The notes beneath the pieces were generated by a model. The model was not told the origin of the DNA. It saw nothing but the letters and a program-made list of their open reading frames with translations, and searched no databases. The position numbers were made by a program, and so were the translations under genes. DNA of 64,000 nt from Candidatus Woesebacteria bacterium (GTDB lineage Bacteria > Patescibacteriota > Microgenomatia > UBA8517), in contig CP066686.1 in NCBI GenBank assembly GCA_016432365.1, positions 410,906 through 474,905 of the forward strand. Direction: 5' to 3'. The stretch's first letter is position 1; the number at the start of each line of letters is the position of its first letter. Shown here piece by piece: positions 44,723 through 54,466 of this stretch.

Positions 44723-45705
44723 ATTACAAACAATCTTTAGAAATTTTAGAAGAGATAAAGAAGTCCAAAAAAGTTTTGGTAAATTGCCATCGAAGTCCGG
44801 ACCCTGACAGCGTTGGTAGTGCAACTTCAATGTTCCTTGCACTGAAAGAATTGGGGAAAGACGATGTTACTATTATTTCTCCCGACGAGATTCCCGATAA
44901 CTGTAAATTTTTACCAAATTCAAAGTCGATAAAAGTTGTAAATTTTGATGATTTTGATTTTTCTCAATATGACATCTTTATAATAGTTGATTCCGGTAAT
45001 TGGAACCAGACAACCGGAAAAGATAACATTCTGTCTTCCAAAATACGAAAAGTGGTGATAGATCACCATTATACAAACACAAAGGAAGGTGATATTAATC
45101 TTGTCGATGAAAAAACAGGTTCATGTTGCGCTCTTTTATTTAAAGTATTTTCGGATTGGAAATTGGAATTAACTACAGATCTTGCTACGTCACTTTTGAC
45201 AGGTATAATCGCGGACACAATGTCTTTTCAAACGGACATTATCGGAGACTCCGCATTTTCGGTGGCTGACACCCTTGTCAAAAAAGGTGCGGACAGAAGG
45301 AATATACTTCATAATCTCTACATGTCACGCCCCATCGATGAAATACATTTGATGGGAGAAATGTTAACAAAGGTCACCGTTGAGGAAGAGGCTAATTTTG
45401 CCTGGGTGGCTGTTCCTAAAGATCTCACTAAAAATTATCCGGGAAGTCGAGATGCAAAAAGTTATGTAGCTGGGTCATTTATCCAATCTATAGAAAATAC
45501 GGATTTCGGTTTTGTTCTCGAACAATTTGATAACTATTGTTCAGTTAGTTTTAGGTCAAGAAATGATTTTGACGTTTCAAAAATTGCAGAAAAATTGGGT
45601 GGCGGGGGACATAAATCGGCTTCAGCTGCACGTCTTTATATGCCTTTTGATCAGGCTGTAATCAAGGTTTTGGAGACGGCCAGAAAGTATGCGAAAAAAG
45701 ATTAA
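44719..45705 (+). CDS. nrnA: DHH/DHHA1 phosphoesterase (NrnA-like)
   Basis: HRSPDPDSVGS, IDHH, GIIADT, SFRS, GGGGH. Confidence 0.88.
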   Translation: MNYKQSLEILEEIKKSKKVLVNCHRSPDPDSVGSATSMFLALKELGKDDVTIISPDEIPDNCKFLPNSKSIKVVNFDDFDFSQYDIFIIVDSGNWNQTTGKDNILSSKIRKVVIDHHYTNTKEGDINLVDEKTGSCCALLFKVFSDWKLELTTDLATSLLTGIIADTMSFQTDIIGDSAFSVADTLVKKGADRRNILHNLYMSRPIDEIHLMGEMLTKVTVEEEANFAWVAVPKDLTKNYPGSRDAKSYVAGSFIQSIENTDFGFVLEQFDNYCSVSFRSRNDFDVSKIAEKLGGGGHKSASAARLYMPFDQAVIKVLETARKYAKKD

Positions 45706-47188
45706 ATCTTCATTGGTATTCAATTATCTTCTGATTATAATTTTGGGATTGGGGGCATTCCTCCGGTTATATAGGATTAATGAACTTCTAGGCTTCTGGT
45801 TCGATCAAGGGCGTGATGCGTTAGTTATCTGGGACCTTTTACATAACGGTAAGTTTTTTTTAATAGGGCCAACAACAGGGCTTGCCGGAATTTTTAGAGG
45901 TCCTTGGTATTATTGGTTGATTACTCCATTCTATTGGATAGGACGCGGAAATCCCGTTTATCCTTCGATTTTTTTGATATTTACGACGATTGCTGCTCTG
46001 GGAGTAATTTACTATTTGGGTTACAAAATTCAAGGAAGAGTTACGGGACTAATTGCGGCGACGATTGCCGCTTTCTCCTTTTATATAATTGAAGCATCAA
46101 GATGGTTGTCTAACCCCACTCCAATGCTTCTATTATCTCTTGTAATGGTTTTTGGAATGTATATGGTTGTGGAAGGAAAAAAATGGGGATGGTCAATAAT
46201 CTCTTTTTGTTTTGGTTTATCGCTTTTTAATTTTGGTTCATCGGGGGAATTTTTTTATTTTCCAGTATTGTTGATTTTTACCATTTGGCAAAAGAAAAAT
46301 TGGCCGGATTTAAAAAACTTATTATTTTCTGTATTGTTGTTTATAATCACTTTTGCTCCTTTAGTAATTTTTGATTTTAAACATGATGGGATTTTAAGAA
46401 ATAATATTTATCAATCATTTGTATCCGAGAAGAGCTTCATCGTTCCGACAAAAAAGTTTTTAGTAGAAAGGACTGTTATTTATTATGACGTTTTTACAAA
46501 AAAAATATTTGATGCCAGGGGGGAGAGAGAAAAAATTACCCTGAGCATAATTGCTTTATGGTTTTTGGTTTCAACCCCAAAATATTTAAAGAACAAAAAT
46601 ATTTCTCTACTAATTTTGTTTCTTGTCTCTCCGATTGTCGGATTGTATTTTTACCAGGGCAACAATGCGGTCTTATACGATTATTATTTCACCGGATACT
46701 ATTTAATATTTGTTTTATTGCTTGGAATAGTCTTAGGTAATATGTGGAAATTTACCATAGGAAAAGTTTTTGTATTGTATTTTATTTACTTGTTTATAAG
46801 CGCAAATTTTTCAATTCTCTTACCAAGATTAACAGAAAGATCTACCAATATTAATAGTGTAATAATTTTGAGTGATCAGAAAAAGGCAATAGAGTGGGTT
46901 TATAACAACGCCGGCGATAGAAACTTTAATATTGATGTATATGTGCCGCCCGTCATACCCTATGCATATGACTATTTATTCAAATGGATCCCCACTACGC
47001 CAAGGCTTCGCGGGGCAAGTGGTAAACTTACTGAAAATCAAACTTCCTTACTATATACTTTGTACGAGGTTGATTTGGCCCACCCCGAACGAATCGGTGC
47101 TTGGTTAGAAAGGCAGAAAGGAATTGGTAAAGTCTTAAAAGAGGAAAATTTTGGAGGAATAGTCGTGCAAGAAAGGGTGAGAATCTAA
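45689..47188 (+). CDS. ArnT/PMT-like membrane glycosyltransferase
   Basis: LRLYRI...FDQGRD, LIGP, GPWYYW, SRWLSNP; paralog of 43151. Confidence 0.8.
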   Translation: MRKKIKSSLVFNYLLIIILGLGAFLRLYRINELLGFWFDQGRDALVIWDLLHNGKFFLIGPTTGLAGIFRGPWYYWLITPFYWIGRGNPVYPSIFLIFTTIAALGVIYYLGYKIQGRVTGLIAATIAAFSFYIIEASRWLSNPTPMLLLSLVMVFGMYMVVEGKKWGWSIISFCFGLSLFNFGSSGEFFYFPVLLIFTIWQKKNWPDLKNLLFSVLLFIITFAPLVIFDFKHDGILRNNIYQSFVSEKSFIVPTKKFLVERTVIYYDVFTKKIFDARGEREKITLSIIALWFLVSTPKYLKNKNISLLILFLVSPIVGLYFYQGNNAVLYDYYFTGYYLIFVLLLGIVLGNMWKFTIGKVFVLYFIYLFISANFSILLPRLTERSTNINSVIILSDQKKAIEWVYNNAGDRNFNIDVYVPPVIPYAYDYLFKWIPTTPRLRGASGKLTENQTSLLYTLYEVDLAHPERIGAWLERQKGIGKVLKEENFGGIVVQERVRI

Positions 47189-47193
47189 TTAAG

Positions 47194-50100
47194 ATGAACA
47201 AAAGCTGGTTAAAAATATTAATTTTTACTTTTTTGATTGGAGCTGTGATTTGGGCCGGAAAGGGAATCTTTAAATACAGTATTTTTAGCACCCATGACGG
47301 TGACCACCACATTGCCCGTGTTTTCGACGTAATTCAGACTGCTAAAGAGGGGCAGTTTCCATTAAGATGGGCGGGGAGTCTTGATTATTTTTGTGGTGTT
47401 CCAATTTACAATTTTTTCTATCCTTTAATTTATTACCTCGCAGCTGCAATATATCCATTTGCGAAAGATGTAATTTTTACTCTTAAAATAATTAACTTTT
47501 TATCACTCCTTTTAGGGACACTGTTTTTCTATTTTTGGATTAGGACGGAGACAGATAAAGAATTACCGGCCATTGGTGGAGCACTTACTTATTTATATGC
47601 ACCTTACCGTTTTTCGCTTATTTTTGTCAGGGGAAGTCCTGAGTATCTTGCATACGCAATTTTACCGATCGTTTTGTTTTTTTATGCCTTGTGTTTTAAA
47701 TCGAATGGTAAAAGGTTTGTCGTTTATGCTTTCTTGGCAGGTTTGACGGGTGCCATTCTTACAATTTCCCACAATTTTGCGGCGATGTTTTTAATGCCGA
47801 TAATCCTCGCATATTTGATAATTAAGATTTGGCTTTACAAGTTTAATCTTTCAAAAATAGCTTGGATTGCATTTTCTTTTTTGAGTTCGTTTGGGTTGGG
47901 GTCTTTTTTCATCGGTCCGGCATTGATGGAACAGAAATTTACCCAGATCGGCTTAAATTTTATCCAGTGGCGAGAACACTTTCCAACATTAGGACAACTT
48001 CTTAAATCAAATTGGGGTTATTTCTATTCATCATTGGGGACTGCAAATGACGGAATGAGTTTTATGTTGGGGTATGCGCAGTGGCTAATTATTGGTATCG
48101 GGGGAATATTTATTCTATTTATTTTGGTTCAGATTTTTCGAAAGAAAGTTAAGCTTTGGGAATCCGTTAAAGAAAATATTTGGGTAATTTTCTATCTTGT
48201 CGCATCGCTTTTCACTATTTATCTAATCCTCCCTATATCAATTCCACTTTGGGAGAAGATAAAGCCGCTGCAAGAGATTCAATTTTCCTGGAGACTTTTG
48301 GGGGTCGCAGTTTTTACGACTAGCGCTCTTTTTTCTTTTACGTTGGCAAAAATCAGGACGAATTATGTTTATATAGCTCTTTTCGTTGGTGTAAGCTTTT
48401 TGACAGTTTTTGGTACAAGAAATTTCATGTTGCCGCAACCGGTTTCGAGCGAAGATGTTTATAGGTATACCGACTACGAAAAACTTCATCCACATAGATA
48501 TTCTACAACTACATTAGGAGATGACGTGATCTCTGCAGGGGCGAAAAAGGCATGTTGGTTTTCAACGCCCCCCGTATCTACAAATGTCGATGAAAAAATT
48601 GATTCGGTAGTTGTGGAAAAAGGCAACACATTTGGATCTATCAAGTTTTCGATAGATAAAAACAAAATAAAAGGAGACAAAATTGTTATTCGTTTGGGAT
48701 ATTTTCCGGATATTCACAACATTTCACTAAACGGTGGAAGTTATTTAAAATACTCAAATTGTAATGGACAAGTTTGTTTTGATGCCGGGAATACCAAAGA
48801 TGGAGAAAATTTTGTTTCTTGGAAAGTGGGTCAGAGTAAAATTGAAAGCACATTCAATTACCTGACGGTGGCGTTTCTAACATTCTGGTTAATGCTTCTA
48901 GTGATTTTTCTGACCGGAATTAACAAAGACAGGAAAAAATTAATATATTTTGTTTTGTTGGCAATCACATTTTTCATTTTTATGTTTTTTAGAAGTTATA
49001 ATTTGCTTGGTCGGGTCGGTTTTGGTTGGGACCAGGAGAGAGATGCTTTGGCTACTACGAATATTCTTGCCGGGAAATTCACACTTCTAGGTCCTAGAGT
49101 TCAGGGCCCTGCCGGTTTTTTTCTTCCTCCATATTTTTTCTACATGCTTGCACCCTTTTACAAACTATTTAACTTGAGCCCCCTGGCTACCGGCGGATTC
49201 ATTGTTTTTTGGTCAATTCTGACTTTTGTTGTAAGTTATTTAGTAATTTCCAAAGTCTTTAATAAAAAGACAGCGCTGATTTTCTTGGCGCTTTGGGCAG
49301 TAAACCCCTTAAGTGTCTCCGTTGACACGATTGCCTGGAATCCTGTAATGGTTCCTCTTTTGTTTGTTGTTTTGATTTATTTAATTTACCTTTATCTTAA
49401 AAAGACAAAGGCGAAATACATTTTCTTGACCGGAATAATCTTTGGAATGGGTTTAAGTTCCCATCTTCAATTTTTGTTAATTACCCCGGTATTTATTCCG
49501 TTGTTGATAGATATATTTAAAAATAAAAGATTAAAGGACGTTGCCTTTCTGGTTTTGGGATCCGTGATACCTTTCTTTCCAATTCTACTTTTTGATTTGA
49601 GACATAATTTTTTAAATTTAGGTCAAATAGCAGGTTTAGTTAAAAGCGGAGGAGAAGGTGCTAGTAGGGTGATGATAGTTTGGGAAAGAGCCTCTTCCTT
49701 TATGGTGGGTGGCTCACCTTCGGTATTGCTGGGAACTTTAATTTACTTAATCGTTTCGATAGGCCTTTTTATAATTGCAAAGAGAATTAAAAACATTGAT
49801 CAGGGGAAAATTTTGCTTAGCTTGGGTAGTGTCTGGGTCACAAGTCTTCCTCTCTTTTATATATTGATAAAAAGTCCGTCGGAATATTATTTTAATTATT
49901 TACTGATTCCTTTTATTTTTTTTATAAGTCTTTTGCTCAAAAATTTGAAAAGTCTTGGAGTATTAATATTAGCTGGAATTATGATTTACTTTATTTTCCA
50001 AGCTAGGCCGTTACTAAAAGATGTAGCGTTAAGTTTAAGAGAAAAGGAACAGGCTGTTAGTCTTTTGAGTAAAGTAACCCAGAAATCGAGCCCTTTCAAT

Positions 50101-50310
50101 ATTTCTTTCGATGTGCCGTTTAATGAAGATACGGGTTTTAGATACCTTTTAAATTATTATAAAATTAATTATTCGGGAAGCCCCAACGATCCGTTGATAG
50201 AATTCGTAATCCCGCGTCAAAAAAGGCCGGTTACATTTGCTTTCACACAAATCGGAATTTTTATTCCGCCTCAGTGGATGAAAACAAACTGGTCGGTTAG
50301 GACTAAGTAA
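47194..50310 (+). CDS. Fused double GT-C protein (PTPS-related/YfhO-like membrane domain plus ArnT-like domain)
   Basis: N-half: THDG..H, FPLRW, PIYNFFYPL, YAPY, QFSWR. C-half: FGWDQERD, LLGP, AWNP, FDLRHNF. Confidence 0.75.
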   Translation: MNKSWLKILIFTFLIGAVIWAGKGIFKYSIFSTHDGDHHIARVFDVIQTAKEGQFPLRWAGSLDYFCGVPIYNFFYPLIYYLAAAIYPFAKDVIFTLKIINFLSLLLGTLFFYFWIRTETDKELPAIGGALTYLYAPYRFSLIFVRGSPEYLAYAILPIVLFFYALCFKSNGKRFVVYAFLAGLTGAILTISHNFAAMFLMPIILAYLIIKIWLYKFNLSKIAWIAFSFLSSFGLGSFFIGPALMEQKFTQIGLNFIQWREHFPTLGQLLKSNWGYFYSSLGTANDGMSFMLGYAQWLIIGIGGIFILFILVQIFRKKVKLWESVKENIWVIFYLVASLFTIYLILPISIPLWEKIKPLQEIQFSWRLLGVAVFTTSALFSFTLAKIRTNYVYIALFVGVSFLTVFGTRNFMLPQPVSSEDVYRYTDYEKLHPHRYSTTTLGDDVISAGAKKACWFSTPPVSTNVDEKIDSVVVEKGNTFGSIKFSIDKNKIKGDKIVIRLGYFPDIHNISLNGGSYLKYSNCNGQVCFDAGNTKDGENFVSWKVGQSKIESTFNYLTVAFLTFWLMLLVIFLTGINKDRKKLIYFVLLAITFFIFMFFRSYNLLGRVGFGWDQERDALATTNILAGKFTLLGPRVQGPAGFFLPPYFFYMLAPFYKLFNLSPLATGGFIVFWSILTFVVSYLVISKVFNKKTALIFLALWAVNPLSVSVDTIAWNPVMVPLLFVVLIYLIYLYLKKTKAKYIFLTGIIFGMGLSSHLQFLLITPVFIPLLIDIFKNKRLKDVAFLVLGSVIPFFPILLFDLRHNFLNLGQIAGLVKSGGEGASRVMIVWERASSFMVGGSPSVLLGTLIYLIVSIGLFIIAKRIKNIDQGKILLSLGSVWVTSLPLFYILIKSPSEYYFNYLLIPFIFFISLLLKNLKSLGVLILAGIMIYFIFQARPLLKDVALSLREKEQAVSLLSKVTQKSSPFNISFDVPFNEDTGFRYLLNYYKINYSGSPNDPLIEFVIPRQKRPVTFAFTQIGIFIPPQWMKTNWSVRTK

Positions 50311-50325
50311 TATACAATAGTTAAT

Positions 50326-51108
50326 ATGAGAAAAATTTTCCTCTCAGTCGTGATCCCAGCTTACAATGAAGAATATAATTTGCGTACAGGCGTATTGGAT
50401 TCGGTCTATGACTATTTAATTAAACAAAAATATACCTGGGAGATTTTATTTGTTGATGACGGTTCCACAGACAATACTGCAAAATTGGCATTGGATTTTG
50501 CGAAAAGTCATAAGCAAAGCTTGGCAAAATCAGAATATGGTAAAAACTTTTTGGTTCTCAGCGAACCACACAGGGGTAAGGCGGGGACTGTTATCGCTGG
50601 TGTATTGGCAGCAAAAGGAGAGATTGTTCTTTTTACGGATACGGACCAGGCAACTCCGATTGATCAAATCGCTAAAGTATTACCGAAATTTGAGAGTGGT
50701 TATGATGTGGTCATTGGATCGCGACACGGGCGCGAGGGCGCTCCACTAATTCGTAAAATCATGGCCTGGGGATTTTCTTTTTTGAGACTTTTGGTTTTGA
50801 GACTTCCGTATAAAGACACCCAATGCGGGTTCAAGGCTTTTTCGAAAAATGCCGCAAAAGAGATTTTTAAACGTCTCGAAATTTTTGATTCAAAAAACAA
50901 AAACGTGGGCGCTTCAGTTACGGCGGGTTTTGATTTGGAAATTTTATATGTGGCCCGTAAACTTGGCTATAAAATTGCCGAGGTTTCCGTAGACTGGCAC
51001 CACAAAGAGGGTACAAAAGTTGATCCGATTAAAGACTCGATTGAAGGTCTTCGTGGACTTATTATGGTTCGTATCAATGCACTTCAAGGAAAATACAGGC
51101 GTTCATGA
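50326..51108 (+). CDS. Dolichyl/polyprenol-phosphate beta-glucosyltransferase-like GT2
   Basis: PAYNEE, DDGSTD, GKAG, DTDQATP, DTQCGFK. Confidence 0.9.
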   Translation: MRKIFLSVVIPAYNEEYNLRTGVLDSVYDYLIKQKYTWEILFVDDGSTDNTAKLALDFAKSHKQSLAKSEYGKNFLVLSEPHRGKAGTVIAGVLAAKGEIVLFTDTDQATPIDQIAKVLPKFESGYDVVIGSRHGREGAPLIRKIMAWGFSFLRLLVLRLPYKDTQCGFKAFSKNAAKEIFKRLEIFDSKNKNVGASVTAGFDLEILYVARKLGYKIAEVSVDWHHKEGTKVDPIKDSIEGLRGLIMVRINALQGKYRRS

Positions 51109-52232
51109 TTAAGAAAAGACGCTTTTTACAAAATATTTTAACTTTTCTTATATTGGTCATTACTATATTTTTTCAATTAAAATATATAAAAGATAATAAA
51201 GGTCTGTTTCAGGAAGAATTTAACCCGACTATCCACAAAAATCTTTATTCTCAATCTCAGTATGTAATGGAAAATCCCAAATCGGTAATTCCGGATGAAA
51301 TTGTTTATGCGCATTCGGCTTGGGAATATTTACACGGCACGGACCCCATTATGTTGAACGCAGAACAACCGCCTTTGGGTAAATATTTAATCGGGCTTTC
51401 GGAGTTGTGGTTTGATAATTCAAGATTCACCGGCCCAATTTTTAACTTTGCCATACTTATTGCATTGTATTTGCTTGCAAACACAATACTTGAATCAAGA
51501 TTTCTTAGTTCAATAATAGTACTTATATTCAGTTTTGAAAAATTGTTCATTGCCCAAGTTAGATATTCGCCCACATTAGATAATATTCAAGTCGCCTTTA
51601 TCCTTTTCAGTTTATATTTTTTCATTAAAGCCGTTTTCAAGAAGAAAATTCCCTATATGTCTTTGGTTTTTCTGGGACTGGTTGTCTCGACAAAATTCTG
51701 GATAACGGGAATTGTGTTGTACCTTACATATTTAACCTTTATTGTATTTAGTAAAAACCGTAAAAGAATATATAATTTTTTGGTATTCTCACCAATTGTC
51801 GGAATAGTAAATCTGGTTTCGTACCTTCCCTCATTTATCTTTCATGATTTATCTCTAATACGTTATATAGGATTGCAAAAGTATATTTATGTTTGGCATA
51901 GTGGAAAACTTCAGCCAAATTTTATTGCTCCTTTTGACCTACTGCTTTTTAATAAATGGCATCATAGTGGAACAATTATCCCGAGTGTTGATTGGCAAAT
52001 AACCTGGCCTGTAATAACATTAATCTCCTTGATTGGAATCGCATATACAGTATATCGATTTAAAAACATTGATTTAAAAATACTTCTTTTGAATTTATAC
52101 ATATTTTTCTATATGGGCTTACTCATTTTTAGCGACACAAATGCCAGGTATATGTTCCCTCTTGTTCCGATTTTGTACATTGCCTGTGTGTGGAATATTA
52201 AAAGATTAATTATTTGGTATAATAAGGAATGA
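51105..52232 (+). CDS. GT-C membrane glycosyltransferase
   Basis: DEIVY, NAEQPPLGKYLIG, STKF, RY; multiple TMs. Confidence 0.75.
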   Translation: MIKKRRFLQNILTFLILVITIFFQLKYIKDNKGLFQEEFNPTIHKNLYSQSQYVMENPKSVIPDEIVYAHSAWEYLHGTDPIMLNAEQPPLGKYLIGLSELWFDNSRFTGPIFNFAILIALYLLANTILESRFLSSIIVLIFSFEKLFIAQVRYSPTLDNIQVAFILFSLYFFIKAVFKKKIPYMSLVFLGLVVSTKFWITGIVLYLTYLTFIVFSKNRKRIYNFLVFSPIVGIVNLVSYLPSFIFHDLSLIRYIGLQKYIYVWHSGKLQPNFIAPFDLLLFNKWHHSGTIIPSVDWQITWPVITLISLIGIAYTVYRFKNIDLKILLLNLYIFFYMGLLIFSDTNARYMFPLVPILYIACVWNIKRLIIWYNKE

Positions 52233-52528
52233 AGAAATTAGGTTTTTTACAGGCCTTGGGAGTGGTGCTTTATTGTTCTCTGATCGGTATTTTCTTTTGG
52301 CAAGGATCAAAGATATTTCCTGAGCCAAACCTTCCTTTTGGCCCGATAATAATGCTCCTTTTGCTTTCCACCTCCGTACTTATTTGCGGTCTGATTGTTT
52401 TTTACAAACCATACAAGTTGTTTTTTGAAGGCAAAAAGACTGAGGCTATAAAAACCGTTGCTTACACTGCGTTTTGGCTTTTTCTTTTTCTATTTCTTTC
52501 CCTTCTCTTGATGGTTGTGTTTAAGTAG
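52229..52528 (+). CDS. Small 3-TM membrane protein
   Basis: Hydrophobic ORF; TATAAT 5 nt before ATG. Confidence 0.7.
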   Translation: MKKLGFLQALGVVLYCSLIGIFFWQGSKIFPEPNLPFGPIIMLLLLSTSVLICGLIVFYKPYKLFFEGKKTEAIKTVAYTAFWLFLFLFLSLLLMVVFK

Positions 52529-53708
52529 CTTTGTACTGTCTATCTCTTAAAGTTTTTCTGGAGAATATTAATTGTGCAAGAATGAACCCAAGCAGAAGAA
52601 TCCCCAAATACATTGCCGTAGTTTTGGCAGAAATTTTATCCGAAAGCGAACCGATAAAATATGCGCTCAGAACGTAAGGGATATTTTTAATCATGTTAAA
52701 AGTAGAAATAGTTGTGGCACGGAACTTTGAATCTGTGTTCTGATTGATGGCAATAGATGCAAGATTGCCAGATATTGCCTCGAGCGAAGAACGAAAAACT
52801 AAAGATAGCCCTCCCATGATAAGCCCCATCCATGGTGAAAAAAGAAATGTTATGACTATCAATATTCCGATAAATATTATTGATAAGTTTCCCTTAAACA
52901 ATCTATTTATAAACGGCGTCAACTGTGACGCCAAAGCGGAAATAATGAATACAGCAGACCATAAAATTCCCAACTGTTCCGCGCTAAAACCAAACTCGAA
53001 TCCCAAAAAGCTATCCAACATTTCGGAGGCTATTACTACAAAAAAACCTATCGATAGAAGAAGTATCGTCTGTTTTTTGATATCAAGATTTTTAAAAAGT
53101 TCCTTTAATCCTTGCCCCGTTTGACTGACAAAATTTCTGAAGGAGAACTTAATGGAGTCGATATGCGGTTCAATTAAGAAAAACGAAGCAATAAGCCCTA
53201 TCATATACCCAAATGCATTCCCGTAAAATGGAAGGGTGGGATTTATCTTGTACATGAATCCTCCAAGAATACTGCAAATTGCTGGAGCAATAAGAGAGAG
53301 AGTGTTTGTGTTTGAGATTTTTCTATCATAGGTTCCTTCCTCACCACTTTCTTTGAGGGTATCAAATATCAAGGCATCAATCGTACCCGAATAAAATGCT
53401 CCCCCAACACACATAACAAAAACAGACAAGGCCAACATTTGAAAGTTTGGGGCGGTAGCCATTATGAAGGCGCCAACAGTTTCCAACGTGAAGGCAATAA
53501 TTAGTGTTTTCTTTTTGCCAAACAAATCGGCAATTGCGCCGGTCGGAATTTCCGCTAGTGTCATTGTAAGGATAAGAATAGTTTCTATTATTCCAATCCC
53601 CGCATAATCTGTAAAACGCAAATAATAAAAAATCCAAATTCCCAACCAAAACCAAGTGTTTTTAGAAAAAGCCAAAATGTAGGCAATTGTTATATTTCTT
53701 TTAAGCAC
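52521..53708 (-). CDS. MFS transporter
   Basis: EIPTGAIADLFGKK motif A, SGTIDALIFD, FRATTIS; about 12 TMs; start set at GTG 53708. Confidence 0.9.
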   Translation of the reverse strand: MLKRNITIAYILAFSKNTWFWLGIWIFYYLRFTDYAGIGIIETILILTMTLAEIPTGAIADLFGKKKTLIIAFTLETVGAFIMATAPNFQMLALSVFVMCVGGAFYSGTIDALIFDTLKESGEEGTYDRKISNTNTLSLIAPAICSILGGFMYKINPTLPFYGNAFGYMIGLIASFFLIEPHIDSIKFSFRNFVSQTGQGLKELFKNLDIKKQTILLLSIGFFVVIASEMLDSFLGFEFGFSAEQLGILWSAVFIISALASQLTPFINRLFKGNLSIIFIGILIVITFLFSPWMGLIMGGLSLVFRSSLEAISGNLASIAINQNTDSKFRATTISTFNMIKNIPYVLSAYFIGSLSDKISAKTTAMYLGILLLGFILAQLIFSRKTLRDRQYKAT

Positions 53709-53882
53709 AATAATAATTTTATACTCAAGAAACTTGAGTTTGCACCAGCAAACAAAAATTTCGAGTATATAATCTCTTGCGAGAGTTGCAAACTCGAGTA
53801 AGAGGAGTATACAACTTAGTGATGTCAATTATCCAAGTAATCATTGACAATAAATTCCTCTATTATTATTATTATGCCTCAT

Positions 53883-54443
53883 ATGCAGGAAAGATTAAAA
53901 ACAAATGAAAAATTATTTGAAGGGATTAAAGTTTATTATTCCGGTTCTATTAAAGGCGCTCCGGAACTTGACCCCGATTTTGCATGGAATCTTGTGCAGT
54001 TTATGAAAGAAGGAGGGGCAGATGTACTGAGCGAGCATGTTGCCGGAAGGAACAAAGACGAAATGGATCGGGTAAGAGCAGAAAAATTAGGGATAACTGT
54101 CGAGGCCTTTCGCGGTATTCCCCGGGAAGTTTACGTAAGAGATATAATTAGAAAACAGGATTTAGAATGGGTCGATCAGGCGACACATATGGTTGCCCTT
54201 GTTAATGCACCAAGTCATGGGGTAGGCATGGAACTCCAAGAAGCTATTTTAAAACCGAGGTTGGGTTTAAATCAGACACCAATACTTTGTCTTATTCATG
54301 AAGATGTTTACAACAACTTGTCGGGAATGGTAGCCGGGGTAAGCGAACAGGAAAATCCTGAGTTTTATGTCAAAAAGTACAAAACACTCCAAGAGGCTAA
54401 AGACTTGGTTTCAAACTTTCTTACAGGAAGTCTTCAAAAGTAA
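53883..54443 (+). CDS. Nucleoside 2-deoxyribosyltransferase / DNPH1(Rcl)-like N-glycosidase
   Basis: KVYYSGSIKG, VLSEHV, DLEWVDQA, PSHGVGME; TTGACA-N17-TATTAT promoter. Confidence 0.8.
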   Translation: MQERLKTNEKLFEGIKVYYSGSIKGAPELDPDFAWNLVQFMKEGGADVLSEHVAGRNKDEMDRVRAEKLGITVEAFRGIPREVYVRDIIRKQDLEWVDQATHMVALVNAPSHGVGMELQEAILKPRLGLNQTPILCLIHEDVYNNLSGMVAGVSEQENPEFYVKKYKTLQEAKDLVSNFLTGSLQK

Positions 54444-54466
54444 TTTGTGTTAAAATTTGACTACTC

